Assembly: GCA_045614365.1 (NCBI GenBank)
Contig: JAZLCV010000207.1
Location: 1 to 56,089 of the forward strand
Length of the DNA: 56,089 nucleotides
Direction: 5' to 3'
Source: Eubacteriales bacterium
GTDB lineage: Bacteria > Bacillota > Clostridia > Oscillospirales > JAAYXM01
The position numbers and the translations under genes are program-made. Shown here one piece after another: positions 53,361 through 56,089 of the stretch. Numbering within the stretch: position 1 is the first letter of the stretch; the number at the start of each line of letters is the position of its first letter. The notes below the pieces were generated by a model. The model was not told the DNA's origin and made no database searches. It saw only the letters and a list, made by a program, of their open reading frames with translations.

Positions 53361-53504
53361 ATGAAGAAACATTTTCTCATTAATGTTGCGAAAGATATAA
53401 AGCAGACTATACCAATTTTAGTGCTTATTACATTTGTGATGCTGTATCTTGCTTTGTCGACGCAAGATAGTTTGTGGGTTCGCGTCTTTGAATATTATAA
53501 GTAA
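53361..53504 (+). CDS. Small single-pass membrane protein (47 aa), hypothetical.
   Basis: ATG after GGGAGGGG. One hydrophobic helix (TIPILVLITFVMLYLAL). Confidence 0.35.
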   Translation: MKKHFLINVAKDIKQTIPILVLITFVMLYLALSTQDSLWVRVFEYYK

Positions 53505-53611
53505 TCCGGCTCGAAGCATAAACAAGAAACAGTGAACCCAACCACATTGCGAAATCAATTAAGCAATTAAATTTAATCCAGCCGAAGAATGTGTGCATAT
53601 GAGTGGCAGAG

Positions 53612-53625
53612 CTCCTTCTCCGCCA
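53612..53625 (+). repeat. Distal copy of the tRNA-Ser 3' end (att-like).
   Basis: ctccttctccgcca versus ccccttctccgcca in the tRNA. The last 12 nt are identical. A terminator follows immediately, as it does at the real tRNA. Confidence 0.55.
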
Positions 53626-53627
53626 GG

Positions 53628-53665
53628 AAAACCGTTAACTTTGATAGAAAGTTAACGGTTTTTTC
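53628..53665 (+). terminator. Intrinsic terminator following the distal tRNA-end copy.
   Basis: 13-bp stem aaaaccgttaact / agttaacggtttt with a 9-nt loop and a T-run. Confidence 0.7.
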
Positions 53666-53820
53666 AATGAAATACGCCTTTCGACGTGTGAAATAGCTTC
53701 GCTGTGAAATATTTGCTTCGCAAATGTTAAAGGCGTATTTCATTTCGCAGAAAGCGTCAGATTTCTATTTCACAATTTACGCAGTAAATTATTTCGCTAC
53801 CAGACAAGTCATCCGCACAC

Positions 53821-53856
53821 AAAAAAAGCCACAAAGAAACTTTTCTTCTTTGTAGC
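53821..53856 (-). terminator. Intrinsic terminator of the NSS transporter gene.
   Basis: Stem gccacaaagaa / ttctttgtagc with one mismatch. The A7 run on the plus strand gives a U-tract on the minus strand. Confidence 0.6.
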
Positions 53857-53880
53857 CTTTCTTATAACTTTTATTCAGCT

Positions 53881-55245
53881 TTAAATCTTGAAGATTCCGA
53901 ATGCATCAAGAACGGATGATATGAGGATAAGGACAATGCATATCGGTGCAACGTACTTTATAATCACCTCAAAAAGTCTCCTCTTCTTGAACTTAGCATT
54001 AAGCTCAACCTCTTCAATAACTGTTTTCGGCTTAATTACATAACCTACAAAGACGCAGGTGAGGAAAGCAACTATCGGCATAAGCACGCTGTTGCTGATA
54101 AAATCGAAGAAGTCAAGGAACTGAAGACCGATAATCGTGACATTCCCGAGCGGACCGTAACCGAGAGAGGAAAGAAGCCCGAGCGCAACGGAGAAAATAA
54201 ATACAACGAGGCATGAAAGCTTGCGGGAGAGCTTCGTCTTATCGCAAACGATGGAAACAACCGTCTCAAACAGCGAAATGGACGATGTAAGCGCCGCAAA
54301 GAGAACAAGAAGGAAGAAAGCAACACCGACAACTGTACCCGCGGTCATAGTCTCAAAAACCTTCGGTAAAGTTACGAACATAAGACTTGGACCCTTGCCG
54401 AGAGCTTCTGGCGTACCGCCCGAGAAAACAAACACGGCAGGTATAATCATAAGACCTGCAAGGAAAGCGACACCGGTGTCAAAAATCTCTATCTGAGAAA
54501 CGGACGATTCAAGGCTCACCTCTTTTTTCATATAGGAGCCATAGGTTATCATAATTCCCATTGCAAGAGACATTGAGTAGAAAAGCTGTCCCATTGCCGC
54601 AAGAACTGTAGTTGCAGAGAACTTCGAGAAATCCGGAAGAAGATAATACTTAACGCCATCCAAAGCACCGGGCATGCATACCGAATAAATCGCAATGAGC
54701 AACGATAAGACAACCAGAACCGGCATCATAATCTTTGACACCTTTTCAATTCCCTTTTCAACACCGCAGAGAACGACCAACGCCGTTATGCCGATGAAAA
54801 TGAGGAACCAGAAAACCGGCTGTCCGGTCTGCGAAATGAATCCTGTGAAATAAGTGTCGCTTGCAGCTTCTGCAGCGCCGCCGCTTACAAATGCGTAAAG
54901 ATACTTTGTTACCCATCCACCGATTACGGAATAATACGGCAGGATAATCGCCGGAATAATCGCCGCGATATATCCTATAAAGGAATACTTCTTGTTAAGC
55001 GCACGGTACGCGCCGATTGCGGAAAGACCTGTTTTTCTTCCTATTGCAACTTCTGCCGTCATAAGCGCAAAGCCGAAAGTGACAGCAAGAAGAATATACA
55101 CAAGAAGAAAAATACCACCGCCGTACTTCGCGGCAAGATACGGAAATCTCCATATGTTACCGAGCCCTACTGCCGAACCCGCTGCGGCAAGAACAAAGCC
55201 GAGCTTGCCGGTAAAACTGCTTCTGTTTTCGTTTGACATACTCAT
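53881..55245 (-). CDS. Sodium-dependent transporter, neurotransmitter:sodium symporter (NSS/SNF) family (454 aa).
   Basis: Hallmark GSAVGLGNIWRFPYLAAKYGGG and ~11-12 hydrophobic segments. The start may be the second ATG at 55239. Confidence 0.9.
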   Translation of the reverse strand: MSMSNENRSSFTGKLGFVLAAAGSAVGLGNIWRFPYLAAKYGGGIFLLVYILLAVTFGFALMTAEVAIGRKTGLSAIGAYRALNKKYSFIGYIAAIIPAIILPYYSVIGGWVTKYLYAFVSGGAAEAASDTYFTGFISQTGQPVFWFLIFIGITALVVLCGVEKGIEKVSKIMMPVLVVLSLLIAIYSVCMPGALDGVKYYLLPDFSKFSATTVLAAMGQLFYSMSLAMGIMITYGSYMKKEVSLESSVSQIEIFDTGVAFLAGLMIIPAVFVFSGGTPEALGKGPSLMFVTLPKVFETMTAGTVVGVAFFLLVLFAALTSSISLFETVVSIVCDKTKLSRKLSCLVVFIFSVALGLLSSLGYGPLGNVTIIGLQFLDFFDFISNSVLMPIVAFLTCVFVGYVIKPKTVIEEVELNAKFKKRRLFEVIIKYVAPICIVLILISSVLDAFGIFKI

Positions 55246-55273
55246 CTATCCTTTTCTTATATTATAATAGTAT

Positions 55274-55302
55274 ATTTTACCACATAACCCGCCGTATTAC
55301 AA
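55274..55302 (-). promoter_or_regulatory. Putative sigma-A promoter of the NSS transporter gene.
   Basis: On the minus strand: TTGTAA, a 17-nt spacer, then TAAAAT with a TG extension. It lies ~25-30 nt from the start codon. Confidence 0.45.
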
Positions 55303-55376
55303 GTATTTTTTCGCTTGCGCCGCAAATGGAAACGCCGGTGAGCTCCTGTACTGTTCTTCGTAACACACGCACTGTG

Positions 55377-55414
55377 AAGGGCTTGCAGCAAAATCCATTT
55401 TGCTGCAAGCCCTT
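55377..55414. terminator. 17-bp hairpin downstream of the dehydrogenase gene. Near-twin of 22004-22039.
   Basis: aagggcttgcagcaaaa-tcca-ttttgctgcaagccctt. Confidence 0.55.
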
Positions 55415-55426
55415 TTATTTTGCATC

Positions 55427-56089
55427 CTATCTTTTATATTCTCTCATCTTTTCTATTATCTCATCCGCGACCTGCGTGGTGTTTGCCTCTCCGCCAAGGT
55501 CGGGTGTCAGAACCTTTTTCTCTGTAAGAACAGCTTCAATACACTCGATAAGAATTTTGCCCCAATCCTCGTGACCGAAGAAATCAAGCATCTGGCTTGC
55601 TGACCATACGGTTGCAAGCGGATTGGACTTCTTCATTCCGGCAATATCCGGTGCCGAGCCGTGAATCGGCTCAAACATTGACGGGAACCTACGCTCGGGA
55701 TTGAGGTTTGCACCTGCTGCAAGTCCCATGCCTCCCGCAATCGCCGCACCAAGATCCGTAAGGATATCACCGAAGAGATTGGATGTTACAACAATCTCAA
55801 AGCGTGACGGATCCTTTATCATAAACATACTTGCCGCGTCAACAAGATACGAATATGTTTTAACCTCGGGATACTCGCGCCCTATCTCTTCAAATATCTG
55901 ATCCCAGAAAACCATTGAATAATTGAGCGCATTTGCCTTGCTTATGCTCGTAAGCGTTTTTCCCTGCGCTTTTGCAAGCTCGTATGCATAGCGTATAACC
56001 CGCTCGCAACCTTTGCGTGAGAACACTCCGACCTGAATTACAACCTCGTTCTCCTTTCCCTTGAAGAGCCAGCTGCCGCTTCCTGCATA
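55427..56089 (-). CDS. Isocitrate/isopropylmalate dehydrogenase family protein (3-isopropylmalate or tartrate dehydrogenase-like). The 5' end lies outside the window.
   Basis: NLFGDILTDLGAAIAGGMGLAAGAN and MFEPIHGSAPDIAG signatures. The frame stays open to the window edge. Confidence 0.8.
   Translation of the reverse strand, partial: YAGSGSWLFKGKENEVVIQVGVFSRKGCERVIRYAYELAKAQGKTLTSISKANALNYSMVFWDQIFEEIGREYPEVKTYSYLVDAASMFMIKDPSRFEIVVTSNLFGDILTDLGAAIAGGMGLAAGANLNPERRFPSMFEPIHGSAPDIAGMKKSNPLATVWSASQMLDFFGHEDWGKILIECIEAVLTEKKVLTPDLGGEANTTQVADEIIEKMREYKR

Noticed and set aside
51485-53764. A 14-nt direct repeat, AAAGCGTCAGATTT, at 51485-51498 and 53751-53764. It appears to bracket the islet genes as a second pair of att-like repeats.
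   Set aside because: By a simple expectation (N squared over 2, divided by 4 to the 14th), several exact 14-mers are expected to recur by chance in a 56-kb window. The spacing relative to the tRNA-end copies also differs (288 versus 137 nt). It is kept only as a weak note.
55246-55426. A possible riboswitch or T-box leader upstream of the NSS amino-acid transporter gene.
   Set aside because: A good extended -10 promoter lies only ~25-30 nt from the start codon, which leaves no room for a structured leader. The only strong hairpin in the spacer belongs to the 3' end of the upstream dehydrogenase gene.

Overview
This is a chromosomal window from a Gram-positive anaerobe that looks Clostridia-like: SLH cell-wall anchors, GGAGG-type RBSs and a glycyl-radical enzyme. 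All calls come from reading the supplied translations and the DNA by eye. No HMM or BLAST search was run.

Gene content, in order:
- **0-0.7 kb:** the 3' part of glnA.
- **0.8-16.3 kb and 25.9-41.9 kb (minus strand):** two diverged paralogous glycan-utilisation cassettes. Each is ordered as follows: a secreted ~630-650-aa accessory protein; a giant (2970 / 2738 aa) SLH-anchored multi-module protein with a heparinase II/III-type lyase core; a lipoprotein ABC solute-binding protein; then cytoplasmic enzymes. In copy 1 the cytoplasmic enzymes are Gfo/Idh/MocA (between the giant gene and the SBP) and a DUF4838-like protein. In copy 2 they are GH20, with GH30 further downstream. No ABC permease or ATPase gene lies anywhere in the window.
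- **16.5-25.7 kb, between the cassettes:** an AraC-linked five-gene operon (Gfo/Idh/MocA, SDR, type-I-dehydroquinase-like, quinone-oxidoreductase-like, MBL hydrolase); an AT-rich AbiEi/AbiEii toxin-antitoxin cassette; and a DUF2974-type hydrolase plus a LysR regulator.
- **42-49 kb:** a xylose-isomerase-like TIM-barrel gene, an AraC regulator, and a plus-strand operon encoding an unusually short glycyl-radical enzyme, an SDR, a beta-lactamase-fold serine hydrolase and the radical-SAM activase.
- **49-56 kb:** prmA, a polytopic membrane protein, and tRNA-Ser(GCU). An AT-rich ~2.4-kb integrase-less islet follows the tRNA and is bounded by extra copies of the tRNA 3' end. Then come an NSS-family transporter and a partial isopropylmalate/tartrate-dehydrogenase-family gene.

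Most interesting observations:
- The duplicated giant-lyase cassettes, their unnamed repeated module and a conserved Cys4 knuckle in the lyase core.
- The short glycyl-radical-enzyme operon.
- A GC-rich multi-hairpin spacer at 31.3-31.6 kb.
- Shared palindromic or operator-like motifs that link separate promoters.
- The tRNA-Ser islet with 11-bp iterons.
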